Part shown: positions 45,983-55,179 of the stretch, piece after piece | Layout of the letters: each line of letters begins with the position of its first letter | Numbering within the stretch: position 1 is the stretch's first letter | NCBI GenBank assembly: GCA_017428155.1 | Contig: JAFRRJ010000007.1 | Coordinates: forward strand, 8,357 to 72,356 | DNA: 64,000 nucleotides | DNA from: Clostridiales bacterium | Lineage (GTDB): Bacteria; Bacillota; Clostridia; Saccharofermentanales; Saccharofermentanaceae | Direction of reading: 5' to 3' | The notes under the pieces: model-generated | The model's database searches: none | What the model was told of the DNA's origin: nothing | What the model saw: only the letters and a program-made list of their open reading frames with translations | Position numbers and translations under genes: made by a program

Positions 45983-46744
45983 TTAATTAGTAACCCCTGC
46001 CCGCTCGTCTTTTAACAATCCATAATGCGCTCTTGCAGCGGTCCATTCGAGTCCGTTCTTCATGGCTGTGATATAGTCCAAGTGACAATCCATGTCATCT
46101 CTTAAGAATTCTTCATTACCAAACTTCTCAGCACCGGAATCTGTAAGTCTTTGTACCTGTTCTTGCGTAAACGGACGGACCACCCGGGATGAATTCATCT
46201 TCTGTGGCATTAATTTCAGGCATTCTTCGGCAACCGCGTAATTTCCGGAATGGATGCTGACAAGTGCTGCCTGTCTCGGAAACTTTTCTTTATTGCGGAC
46301 AAAATACTCCTCAAGGCTACCGTATTCGGCTTTTACATCTTTCTCAAAACTCCGGTACCAGTTCTCTATATGTTCAAACACATTCTCCGCAAGTTTCCCG
46401 AATGATTCATCCTTTCCGTCAAAATCATATTCTATTTGCTCTTTTTCAATTATTGACTTGCAGGCTATGACGCTGTTGGCACGGATCTTATCCGTCAGTT
46501 TTATATCTGAAACAGGATCTAAGATAAAAAGTGTAAGATCATCAAAATACGAATACTTTACTTCATACATAAAACCAACAGTAATCTTATCCGAGTTCTT
46601 TTTTCGAGGCAGATCATAATAAAATGCATTGATAAAAAACGGGGGAATCGTCTTATACAGGTCATGCTGCGGAGAAGCTTTTATCCCTTTGCTCTTCGCT
46701 ACTACTTTCATGTATTGATATAACTTATCAGCCATTTTATTCAC
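45983..46744 (-). CDS. hypothetical protein (253 aa)
   Basis: Clean ORF with no motif recognised. Confidence 0.45.
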   Translation of the reverse strand: MNKMADKLYQYMKVVAKSKGIKASPQHDLYKTIPPFFINAFYYDLPRKKNSDKITVGFMYEVKYSYFDDLTLFILDPVSDIKLTDKIRANSVIACKSIIEKEQIEYDFDGKDESFGKLAENVFEHIENWYRSFEKDVKAEYGSLEEYFVRNKEKFPRQAALVSIHSGNYAVAEECLKLMPQKMNSSRVVRPFTQEQVQRLTDSGAEKFGNEEFLRDDMDCHLDYITAMKNGLEWTAARAHYGLLKDERAGVTN

Positions 46745-46882
46745 CTCTGTACAAGTGAATTATAGCACGGACATCACTTTTCGATGCTCATAGATTATTC
46801 TTCCCTAAGTTTCTCATGTCTGAGCCTGCCTTTTTCCTTATGTGAGTAATTATCTTGCCGCCATCTCTTAATTTATTCGGCA

Positions 46883-47308
46883 TTACATCTCATACAATGC
46901 AATTCGTGTTCCTATTTCGCCCTCATTAAGTTTTGCTAATCTCTTCCCAAACCGTTCTAACGCTCCCAATTCACACTTTACATTACACTGACAACGATGC
47001 GAACGATCATCAACATCACATATTTCAAGATCAACTCCTATTGTAATATGACCCTGACTGTCGGTACTTAATGTTAATGAAAATGCCGGAGTATACTTTC
47101 CGGTTTTGTGCCCAGACTCGAAATATGTTGCAGAATTATCCGAATTACAAAAACCAGTCAGAAAAGATGCAAGTTCATTCAGAAGCGCTCCGTCAAAGTA
47201 GCATGTTTGATGAGCATTTACATACTGAGAATACACTTCTATCTGCAGCTCAAATATGGTCTCATCTTCCCAAATCTTACTTACTATAATATTGTCTTTA
47301 TAATCCAT
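46883..47308 (-). CDS. hypothetical protein (141 aa)
   Basis: Clean ORF with no motif recognised. Confidence 0.4.
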   Translation of the reverse strand: MDYKDNIIVSKIWEDETIFELQIEVYSQYVNAHQTCYFDGALLNELASFLTGFCNSDNSATYFESGHKTGKYTPAFSLTLSTDSQGHITIGVDLEICDVDDRSHRCQCNVKCELGALERFGKRLAKLNEGEIGTRIALYEM

Positions 47309-47826
47309 TATTGCTTCCCCACTTTACTTCTGATTATGATTTCTATGTTATTTATCGAACCCGGTATGGCTCTGCTTAAATCCATCCCTGTGAACTTCGA
47401 AAACAATACTCATTCATTAATCGTTACCTGTTAATTTTTACTAATTATATCGCTACGTTACTGCTTAGGCAGACCAAGATAAAACAAAAACAGTTTTTTG
47501 TTTTTCTTAAGCACCGTTCAGCCACTTGATTATCACTCGCTTCCGTTCATTTCATTACCTGTTCAGTCATTCATTATCTTGATAACAAAATCGAGATCTT
47601 TATCTCACAATTACTTCTATTTCTGCCTCACACTTCCTTAGGTATTGCCAATCTTTCAATTAAATTCAGTGACAGAATAAAATCAGGGATTAAAGAAAGG
47701 ATTAACCGAAGACAACGAACTATATAAAGAATTTTCTGAATACATGTCTTCTTATGCGGAAGCTTCTTCCCCCCCGGCACTTTCAACTGGAAACCACTAT
47801 AATAGGATTTATTGGAGAATAACTAG

Positions 47827-48456
47827 ATGAGAAAAACGAGAATCATTGTATCTTTGGGGCTGGCGCTTGCGATGGCGGTATCTGTTGCCGCATGCGCTGA
47901 TAAAGGAGTTGCTTCGACTTCTGATACTGCTGCACCCGTGTTTACGGAATCCGAGACAAAGGCTCCGGAGAGTGAGACCGCGCCCATTCTTTCCGGTTCC
48001 TCAGATGAAGCTTCAGGGTTTATTCTCGAACAGGCCATAACTATTATCAAGAGCGCGCTTGGACATGATAAGGATGCATCCAAGTGGATTTTTGAAAGCA
48101 CTCTTGGTGCAAAACTCCGCAGTGAGGTTGCCGTTGAAAATAATTATTACTATTCCACTGATATCACCATCGAGGACGTTCAGTTTACGCAACTTGTAAT
48201 CAAGACCAACAAGAGCGACGGAACAGTCTTAGAAGTTGATCTCATTAATGATACAAGCAATACGACTGACTGCGAGAGTTATATGGAAAAATACAAAAAC
48301 AAGCTCTCTTCCGTTTATGGCGATAAGCTTACTTCTTCTGATTCTTCTGAGTACGAAGGCTTTAAGGTCAGTGTTGGCGAAGGTGCCAACTGCATCATTG
48401 GAGGTTCTTATTCTGCAAATCTTAATACGTTCTATCTGATTATCAGTGCGGAATAA
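47827..48456 (+). CDS. lipoprotein, function unknown
   Basis: Signal peptide with lipobox: LALAMAVSVAAC. Confidence 0.6.
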   Translation: MRKTRIIVSLGLALAMAVSVAACADKGVASTSDTAAPVFTESETKAPESETAPILSGSSDEASGFILEQAITIIKSALGHDKDASKWIFESTLGAKLRSEVAVENNYYYSTDITIEDVQFTQLVIKTNKSDGTVLEVDLINDTSNTTDCESYMEKYKNKLSSVYGDKLTSSDSSEYEGFKVSVGEGANCIIGGSYSANLNTFYLIISAE

Positions 48457-48513
48457 TCAGATTTGAACGTCAAAAGAACACCACTGGCGCCTGCGGGTTA
48501 CGCAGGCGCTTTA

Positions 48514-49620
48514 TCATGTCTGCTGGTGATGCATAGCGGTGACCTTGCAGTCGGGACACATTTCGACATAGACCGTTCCTTCACACATGCCATTCGCTAT
48601 GGTCTCCCAGCTGAGCTGTGCCAGATATCTCATAGGCTTACCGCAGTCCGGACATTTTGATATCAGACAGTCCTGGATCCAGTGCGCGAAACCTCCGATT
48701 GATACGGCGTTCCAATCGTTTGCTTTATAAAATAGAGGACTATCCTTTTCGTTTAATTCCAGACCGTTGTTTTCGAGCACTTTGCAGTCATCATCTGATA
48801 CATAGTTTTCTTCATCGTCAGATTGTCCCTTATAAGGAAAACAGGCTTCGCTGGAACCGTCCAAGTTAAATCTGCTGAAACCTTCAGCAAAGCAAATACA
48901 ACTCGGGCAGCATGTTGCCGTTATCTTTCCGGGGACACCAAGAAAATCCAGACGTTTGTCAGTACCGTCAATGCTTATCAGATCGACCAGAAGGCTTCCG
49001 CAATGAGGACATCTGTCTTCTCTTGTCTTACCTATTACAACAGCTTTATCGCCGGTGCCCTTCTTTTCTACGCCATAGCATTTATCGTAATTTATTGCCA
49101 GTCTCTTTCCTGATTCATCGAATGTCCATCCGCCGGACTCGGCATAGACATCAGGGTCAACATAAAGCTTTTCTCTCCACTTGGGAGGATTCTTTTTAAG
49201 TTCATAAAGAGTTTCCAAAGCAACATCATCGCCCTGCATAGCGAGGCACTCTAACAGATGTGATGCCTCCATCGAATCTTCCGTAGACTTCAGGCACTCT
49301 ATCAGACCGTCTCTGACATCTTCGGGCGCATGATAGTATATCTCCCAAGGATAAAAGACCTCTTCATTCAATGCTGCTCTTTGAAGGTCTTCTGATATTA
49401 CCCCATGTAAAGAAAGGCAGTCCCAAAAATATTCCGCTGCCGTGTCTTCAAGGTCTTCGAGATCATCTAAATGTTCTATCAGGTACTGCTGTCTTTCCTG
49501 TATCTGTTCAGGCGTGAACTTAAGGGCTTCTTCGAGATGCTTTGCTTCCTTGCACTTTAAACACAAGCCCTCAAAGTTTTGACCACGATTACAAACGGGA
49601 CAATTATACTTAAAATTCAT
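48514..49620 (-). CDS. multi-CxxC zinc-ribbon protein with a YwqG/DUF1963-like C-terminal region
   Basis: CPVC..CLKC at the N-terminus, CPHCG, CCPSC and CPDCG..CPDC pairs. The GGFAHWIQD block recalls DUF1963. Tentative. Confidence 0.45.
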   Translation of the reverse strand: MNFKYNCPVCNRGQNFEGLCLKCKEAKHLEEALKFTPEQIQERQQYLIEHLDDLEDLEDTAAEYFWDCLSLHGVISEDLQRAALNEEVFYPWEIYYHAPEDVRDGLIECLKSTEDSMEASHLLECLAMQGDDVALETLYELKKNPPKWREKLYVDPDVYAESGGWTFDESGKRLAINYDKCYGVEKKGTGDKAVVIGKTREDRCPHCGSLLVDLISIDGTDKRLDFLGVPGKITATCCPSCICFAEGFSRFNLDGSSEACFPYKGQSDDEENYVSDDDCKVLENNGLELNEKDSPLFYKANDWNAVSIGGFAHWIQDCLISKCPDCGKPMRYLAQLSWETIANGMCEGTVYVEMCPDCKVTAMHHQQT

Positions 49621-49761
49621 AAGCCCTCCTCACCAAATAAAGATAGTTCCATTATAACATCTGTGATTAGCGGACCTGCGAAAATTATTGTCAGACAAAA
49701 CCAGTGTTGATATTATTGTATATAGTATCGGCATTGGTACATGGAATGAGGGGGAATAGAA

Positions 49762-50625
49762 ATGGCTGTATTAAAGAGTAATCTCTGCCCGACATGCGGC
49801 GGACTTCTCGACATCGATCTTGATAAGCAGATGTATATCTGCCCGTTCTGCGGTGTTTCTTTTGATTATGAATATTTCCGCGAGGATAATGTTAAGGAAG
49901 TAGCTTCCAAAGCTGTCCGCAGAAGCGAGTTTGGTTCGGCAAAGGATGCTTTTGATTTCATGCTCTCAAAAGATCCGCACGACTTCGAAGCGCTGCGCGG
50001 TCTCTTTCTTTGCAAAAACAAATGGACTGACATGGATCAAATGCACCATGACAGCGAAGTTCAAGTCAGCGCGGATGAGCCCACCCTGCTAAACGCGATC
50101 GAGAAATGCCGCCCTGAGCATAAAGCTTACTTCGAAAAGGTACGCGAGGCTCTCAAAGAGCTTCGTCATTACAGAGATCTTAAGGCCGAAGCAAAGAGCA
50201 TCAGCAAAAAGAAAGAAAAGGTCTTAGAGACGCTGCACGGTATTCAGGATGAACACTATACTACTACCCATTTATTCACGGAATTTTGCGATGAGATACG
50301 GCAAATGGGCGCGAAAGCGATCGAGGCAGTAATCAGCCTTACGGTCATTGTTCCTCTGATGATCATCGGATATTCCATTTGGCAGAGGTCATGGGGAATC
50401 ATTATTGCTATAGTGATAATAGCAGCACTTATCATTGGCGGCTACCACCTGATAAAATTCCTCATCGCAAAATATCTTGAAAAAAGCATGGTACCTTACG
50501 AGAAGGAAATCGCCGAACTGACTGAACAATACGACGCCAAGAATGCTGAGGCAGTACAGTCTAATAAAAAATACAAGGATCTCGTTCAGGAATTCATGGA
50601 TATGGATCCGGTTCCATCTCCATAA
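49762..50625 (+). CDS. zinc-ribbon / TPR-like / coiled-coil / two-TM protein (single-module paralog of 51275..53086)
   Basis: CPTCGGLLDIDLDKQMYICPFCGVSFDYEYFRED, then KDPHDFEALRGL, then TM helices. Confidence 0.6.
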   Translation: MAVLKSNLCPTCGGLLDIDLDKQMYICPFCGVSFDYEYFREDNVKEVASKAVRRSEFGSAKDAFDFMLSKDPHDFEALRGLFLCKNKWTDMDQMHHDSEVQVSADEPTLLNAIEKCRPEHKAYFEKVREALKELRHYRDLKAEAKSISKKKEKVLETLHGIQDEHYTTTHLFTEFCDEIRQMGAKAIEAVISLTVIVPLMIIGYSIWQRSWGIIIAIVIIAALIIGGYHLIKFLIAKYLEKSMVPYEKEIAELTEQYDAKNAEAVQSNKKYKDLVQEFMDMDPVPSP

Positions 50626-50660
50626 TCTATATATCTATCATTCCTCTCGAAAAGCAACCG

Positions 50661-51164
50661 TCAGACGTAGTTTCTGAAACTTGAGAGATGGAACGTCGAG
50701 TCTGCCGGCGCGGATGCAGTCTCTTTATTTATGCTGCAAAGAACGTATATCCACTGCCCCTCGTATACTAAATCCGAGCCTTCATTGACCCCAAGAGATT
50801 GTGTTTTGGATAATTCTTTGATCTCATCTTCCGAGAGTTCATTATCGGAAAGATATACGCTCCACTCTATATCTGATCCGGAATTGTTTGTCGATGACCA
50901 GAAGAAGTATGCGCCTATGAATGAATCGTATTGAACTGCGTAATAGCCCTTCTCGAAGATATCCTCGTTTGAAATGTCAAATCCCATCCCCTGCGGAGGT
51001 TCGTGATCCAGATCGTCCGGAAAATCAGGCGCCTTATAGTTCGACGATCTTGTCGAAGCTGCACTCGTCGGAACCTGCGTATCAGTCTCTTTCGAGCATG
51101 CAGGCAGAGCGAAGACGACACCTGCGATAAGGATATATATCAAGATGTGTTTTTTGTTAATCAT
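50661..51164 (-). CDS. lipoprotein, function unknown
   Basis: Signal peptide with lipobox: VVFALPAC. Confidence 0.6.
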   Translation of the reverse strand: MINKKHILIYILIAGVVFALPACSKETDTQVPTSAASTRSSNYKAPDFPDDLDHEPPQGMGFDISNEDIFEKGYYAVQYDSFIGAYFFWSSTNNSGSDIEWSVYLSDNELSEDEIKELSKTQSLGVNEGSDLVYEGQWIYVLCSINKETASAPADSTFHLSSFRNYV

Positions 51165-51274
51165 ACTTAAGACCTCCTGTTACCACTTGCTATAAATACA
51201 GATATAGATGGTTAAATGTTGCATTAGTTCATCTTGCAGTTGATACAGCCTGATTCACGGTCATTGGAGTGTCT

Positions 51275-53086
51275 TCACTCATTGTCTTTCATTATGAGTT
51301 TGTCTTTCCTGACAAAATCATGGATGAATCTCCTGATTTTGCCCGTGAGCTTTGCTGATTCATTCTCGAGTTCTCTTATCTTATCGTCCAGCTTGCGGGC
51401 TTCATCATAGAACTTTGCGTTGGTTTTTTCAAATTTCTTCATCCTTCTCATACCGAGACAGAAACCAAGAATACCAACTACGGCAAGGACGAGACTTATT
51501 CCACCAAAAAATCTTATAGTTCCGAGGTTTGTGGATATATACTCTGAATTGGTAGCATATAATTTTGTTAAATCCTTAGCAAATACAATGGCCATCAGCA
51601 TAAAAATGGCAGAAAGGGCCAAAAATGCAACGAGCAGACCTATCTGATCCGCTTTTGTTGTAAATCCGCCTTTACCATTATTTCCTTCATACTTTATGTT
51701 GTTCTGCGTGATGATAGAATTGATCTTGTTCTTTTCCTCCCGGAGAGCTTCGATCTCTTTGGAACAATCAGCCAATCTCTTCTTTTCAGCATAGGCCTTG
51801 GCAAACTCCGTAAAGTATTGCTTGTCTTCTTCCGAAGCTGATTCGATTACCCGGCTCACCATCCTGGAGTCATAAGTAAATTCTTTATCAACCTGATCAA
51901 GCACCTTCATGTCTGTCAGATGGGCTGCTGCCATCATCAATCCTCTGAGAGCGAGAAAATCGTGAGGGTCCTTTTTCAGCATGAACTCGTAAGCTTCTGT
52001 GGTAGCCATAAACTCTCCTCTGGAGAGATATGTCTCACCCGCCTCATGTATCCGGTCTTCTCTGAAGTATTCGTAATCATAAGTCGAACCGCAGAAAGTA
52101 CAATGGTACATCTGCTTATCGCTGTCTATTCTAAGGCTCCCGCCGCAGGAAGGACACTGGTGTTTCTTAATTTTGCCGGTTTCCGGCACCTGTTCCTTTA
52201 CGGAATCTGTTACTATCAGGCGGTCTTTTCTGATAAGAACCTGAACGGCTTTCCTGATATCGTCCGAGAGCTGTTCCGCTTCAGCTTCAAGTGCCTTGAT
52301 CTTCCTCGCGGTTGCTTCTGATTCGGCTTCCAGCTCCCTGATATAAGCAGCTATTTTCTTTATTGCTTTCATCTTGGGATAGACTATTAAGAAATTAACG
52401 GCTAAACCGATGAGAAGTGCCAGTCCGCCGGCAACAGCAAAAAAGATGGCTGCTTCTTCATCTTCGATGTTATCAAATATTCCACAGAGACAAGGAATAC
52501 AGAAGAAGGCAGTAAGACACCACACCATAATGAATATTATATTAGGATGAAGTTCGGAGCCGTGCCTGCCTTGGAAATAGTATTCGAAACAGGCATCCTT
52601 GGCCACCCCGATATCACCCTCTGTTCTCTTCAGTTCCCGGCGCAGTAATTCGATCTCCCTGTTACAATCAATCCATTGCTTTTTATAAGAATAGATCCTT
52701 CTGAATCCCGAGAAGTATTCCTTGTCTTCTTCCGAAGCTGCATCAAGTACTTCACCGGCCAGTTTGGAATCATACGGGAAGTGTTTTGCTTCGCCTATAT
52801 GGGATAATCCATCTATGTCCTTAAGATAAGCTGCAGCAAGCATCAATCCTCTGAGCGCGCGAAAATCGTGAGGAGCCTTCTTCAATATGAGCCTGTATGC
52901 ATCGACAGCGGCATTGACCTCACCTCTTGAAAGATAAGTGTCACCCATCTCATGCAGCTGTTCTTCTCTGAAATAATCGTAATCGTAAGACGAACCGCAG
53001 GAAATACAACGGTATATCTGCTTCTCGCTGTCGCCGATCATGCTTCCGCCGCATGACGGACACTGACGATTCTTAATCTGACCCAT
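51275..53086 (-). CDS. two-module zinc-ribbon / TPR-like / coiled-coil / TM protein (internal tandem duplication)
   Basis: Both halves carry CPSCGGS...Q(I/M)Y(R/H)C..CGS(S/T)YDY(D/E)YFRE...ETYLSRGE...KK(A/D)PHDF(R/L)ALRGLM(L/M)AAA. DNA repeats lie 900 bp apart, for example CTTGTCTTCTTCCGAAGCTG at 51823 and 52723. Confidence 0.65.
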   Translation of the reverse strand: MGQIKNRQCPSCGGSMIGDSEKQIYRCISCGSSYDYDYFREEQLHEMGDTYLSRGEVNAAVDAYRLILKKAPHDFRALRGLMLAAAYLKDIDGLSHIGEAKHFPYDSKLAGEVLDAASEEDKEYFSGFRRIYSYKKQWIDCNREIELLRRELKRTEGDIGVAKDACFEYYFQGRHGSELHPNIIFIMVWCLTAFFCIPCLCGIFDNIEDEEAAIFFAVAGGLALLIGLAVNFLIVYPKMKAIKKIAAYIRELEAESEATARKIKALEAEAEQLSDDIRKAVQVLIRKDRLIVTDSVKEQVPETGKIKKHQCPSCGGSLRIDSDKQMYHCTFCGSTYDYEYFREDRIHEAGETYLSRGEFMATTEAYEFMLKKDPHDFLALRGLMMAAAHLTDMKVLDQVDKEFTYDSRMVSRVIESASEEDKQYFTEFAKAYAEKKRLADCSKEIEALREEKNKINSIITQNNIKYEGNNGKGGFTTKADQIGLLVAFLALSAIFMLMAIVFAKDLTKLYATNSEYISTNLGTIRFFGGISLVLAVVGILGFCLGMRRMKKFEKTNAKFYDEARKLDDKIRELENESAKLTGKIRRFIHDFVRKDKLIMKDNE

Positions 53087-53334
53087 TCTTTAACCCCTAT
53101 TATTCCGAATCTCAACAGATATCAAGAAAAACCAACAACCATATTATATACAAGTTTTCTTTCCATATTTCACTCTATTCCTATGAATCACTAAGCAAGC
53201 AAAAGAAAAGAAGATGACGTCAAAAACAAGCTAAACAGACTGAAAATCACATAAAATAAGGGTTTTCATCAATCTTCAGCCACTTTTACCCAAAAAATCA
53301 GGGGCTTGAGAAAACCCCAAACCCCTTGATTTTA

Positions 53335-53380
53335 TTGGTGATCGTGAGCGGATTCGAACCGCTGGCCTACCGCTTAGGAG
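53335..53380 (-). repeat. orphan copy of the 3' 45 nt of tRNA-Arg(CCT) (att-type direct repeat)
   Basis: 46 nt identical to 55077-55122 (TTGGTGATCGTGAGCGGATTCGAACCGCTGGCCTACCGCTTAGGAG). There is no 5' half, so it is not a functional tRNA. Confidence 0.85.
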
Positions 53381-53833
53381 CGTCTAAAGAACAACTAAAA
53401 ACATTGAAAGGACGGCATTTCTGGGCTATTCCTTCATATCTTAAGCCACTTTTCAGCCACTTTTTCTATACTTCCTGATGTAAGCGAAAAGGTAGTTTAT
53501 ATATATGAAACTAGACTTTCAGTTCCTTATTTATTATTAACGATAGGATGAATGCCACAGCAGACAAGAAGCAGAACACAAGCGATCATACAAATAAGAG
53601 AAATTATAAAAGGAGCTTTAAATCTTTTATGCCTATATTAAAAAATTACTGTCTAAGGAATATCCCTAAGACAGATTCATTATATCATTACAACCATCTC
53701 TCAAGACTTATTGAAGCCGGTATAATGTGAGGCTAATTTTCATTTCTGAACAATAACGTAATTGTTGGTATAATTATAAATTGGAACAACAATAAGCGGA
53801 AGAAAATGTTCAGCATGGGCAGGGACAGGATAC

Positions 53834-54868
53834 GTGGAACGAGAGATCAATTCAGATGAATTCGGACAAAATATAAGAAACAGCTGTTTGGGACTTTTTT
53901 GTTTCTTCGGTCTGTTGTTTATCCTTGCATTCGGTAATGATTCATTCGTCTTTCACATTCCGGGATGGAATGTGATCAGCTGCACCGGACAGCTCATCTC
54001 ATGCATTATTTATTTGATAGTTATCAATACTTCTGTTGACATGCGTCCTTTGTGGAGGCTTAAGAGGAGTAAGGATTCTTCCCGCATCGGGCGGATCACG
54101 CATACAAAGGATTTCGTAAAATCGATCGATGCGATCGAAGACGGCCGAAGCTGGTTCTCGTCCGGCAGCATCTACTATTGGATCGCATTAAATGACATTG
54201 AATTCGGCGAGAAGAATACTGCTAAAGTACGTGAAACCATTAAATGTTCACCGCGGATCATTTGGGTTACACACTTCTTTTGGATGGCTTTGAGCATTGC
54301 CTTGGGTATCATTCCCATCCCCGTCATGACTGCCGTGCAGCATACAGCAGGAAAAGATTTCATAGAGTATTGGTTTTTCCTTACCGAAGTACTGGTAACC
54401 TGTTTTACATCACTATGTGCAGTTGCATGTGCTGTGATCAGTCTGAAGATCAGCCGGAAGAAGCATCAGTATCTGTATGAGTGTGCCAAAAGAATCGTTC
54501 ATGAAAACAGTACAAGCGGACACAGGGAAAAACTCGAGGATTTAGGTAAGACGAAGGACCGTCTCAAATGGTATTACAACTGCTGTCCGAACTGCGGAGC
54601 AGATGCCGTGCGGACTCTGAAACACTGTGCCAGCTGCGGTACTTCACTTTTGGTTCAAGACTTCGACGGCGTATCTTACGGTGAAGTCCACCACATTGTC
54701 GGAGCCACGTCTATTGACAGGAATATCAAAAACGCTCCGGATCTTTCAAGCAAGTTAGTGCCGAAGCTTTACAAGAACTGTCCGAACTGCGGCGCTGTCA
54801 GGGCTGGAGACGAGACCGAGTGTTCTGTCTGTGGAACGTCACTATTTGTTGTCGATGAGGAACTTTAA
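53834..54868 (+). CDS. membrane protein with a C-terminal double zinc ribbon
   Basis: Six or more TM segments. C-terminal CPNCGADAVRTLKHCASCG and CPNCGAVRAGDETECSVCG. GTG start with a weak RBS. Confidence 0.5.
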   Translation: MEREINSDEFGQNIRNSCLGLFCFFGLLFILAFGNDSFVFHIPGWNVISCTGQLISCIIYLIVINTSVDMRPLWRLKRSKDSSRIGRITHTKDFVKSIDAIEDGRSWFSSGSIYYWIALNDIEFGEKNTAKVRETIKCSPRIIWVTHFFWMALSIALGIIPIPVMTAVQHTAGKDFIEYWFFLTEVLVTCFTSLCAVACAVISLKISRKKHQYLYECAKRIVHENSTSGHREKLEDLGKTKDRLKWYYNCCPNCGADAVRTLKHCASCGTSLLVQDFDGVSYGEVHHIVGATSIDRNIKNAPDLSSKLVPKLYKNCPNCGAVRAGDETECSVCGTSLFVVDEEL

Positions 54869-54985
54869 GAAAAACTGGACTTAGATTGAAAATAAATGTG
54901 GAAGATGTCAGAAATAAGCTCAACGAGCTGAAAATGCCCTGAAAGAAGGGCTCATTAATGAGTTTAGCCACTTTTAGCCACTTTG

Positions 54986-55072
54986 GAAAAGAAAGAACAC
55001 CACTTGAGCTTGCGAGTTCCGCAGGCGCTTTAGCGCCGAGGACCTGTCTGAAGCAAGCAAGTGGTGTTCTTT
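54986..55072 (-). terminator. long compound stem-loop terminator after tRNA-Arg
   Basis: A stem of about 20 bp, AAAGAACACCACTTG(AG)CTTGC / GCAAGCAAGTGGTGTTCTTT, encloses an inner GGCGCTTTAGCGCC hairpin. CTTTTCC follows on the minus strand. Confidence 0.6.
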
Positions 55073-55077
55073 AGCCT

Positions 55078-55154
55078 TGGTGATCGTGAGCGGATTCGAA
55101 CCGCTGGCCTACCGCTTAGGAGGCGGTCGCTCTATCCAGCTGAGCTACACAATC
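55078..55154 (-). tRNA. trnR: tRNA-Arg (anticodon CCT), encoded CCA end
   Basis: Hand-folded. Acceptor GATTGTG/CACGATC (one G-U pair), D arm GCTC-AGCTGGATA-GAGC, anticodon stem ACCGC/GCGGT with loop CTCCTAA, T arm AGCGG-TTCGAAT-CCGCT, then A-CCA. Confidence 0.9.
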
Positions 55155-55179
55155 GTCTTTTTGACCGAACGAGATTATA

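Larger units (their letters stand above)
53381..55077. mobile_element. remnant of a tRNA-Arg-integrated island (no integrase present)
   Basis: Bounded by the direct repeats above. It carries a single gene and AGCCACTTT repeat motifs near both ends. Confidence 0.5.

Noticed and set aside
45804-45986. 60-aa plus-strand ORF (MVEETRLFCGDYGTHADMKYDV...) in the AT-rich gap
   Set aside because: The composition looks protein-like, but there is no Shine-Dalgarno sequence and it ends overlapping the stop of the convergent gene. It is possibly a gene fragment, with too little support to call.
47461-47475. CTGCTTAGGC as a third, degenerate tRNA-Arg att copy
   Set aside because: Only about 12 of 18 positions match the att core by eye. 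It is mentioned as a weak lead in the AGCCACTTT module finding (53208-54985) but is not annotated as a feature.
53548-53730. 60-aa plus-strand ORF, and a 20-codon minus-strand hydrophobic ORF (MIACVLLLVCCGIHPIVNNK, about 53540-53602), inside the island remnant
   Set aside because: Neither has a properly spaced RBS. The region is AT-rich intergenic DNA, where such ORFs arise by chance.
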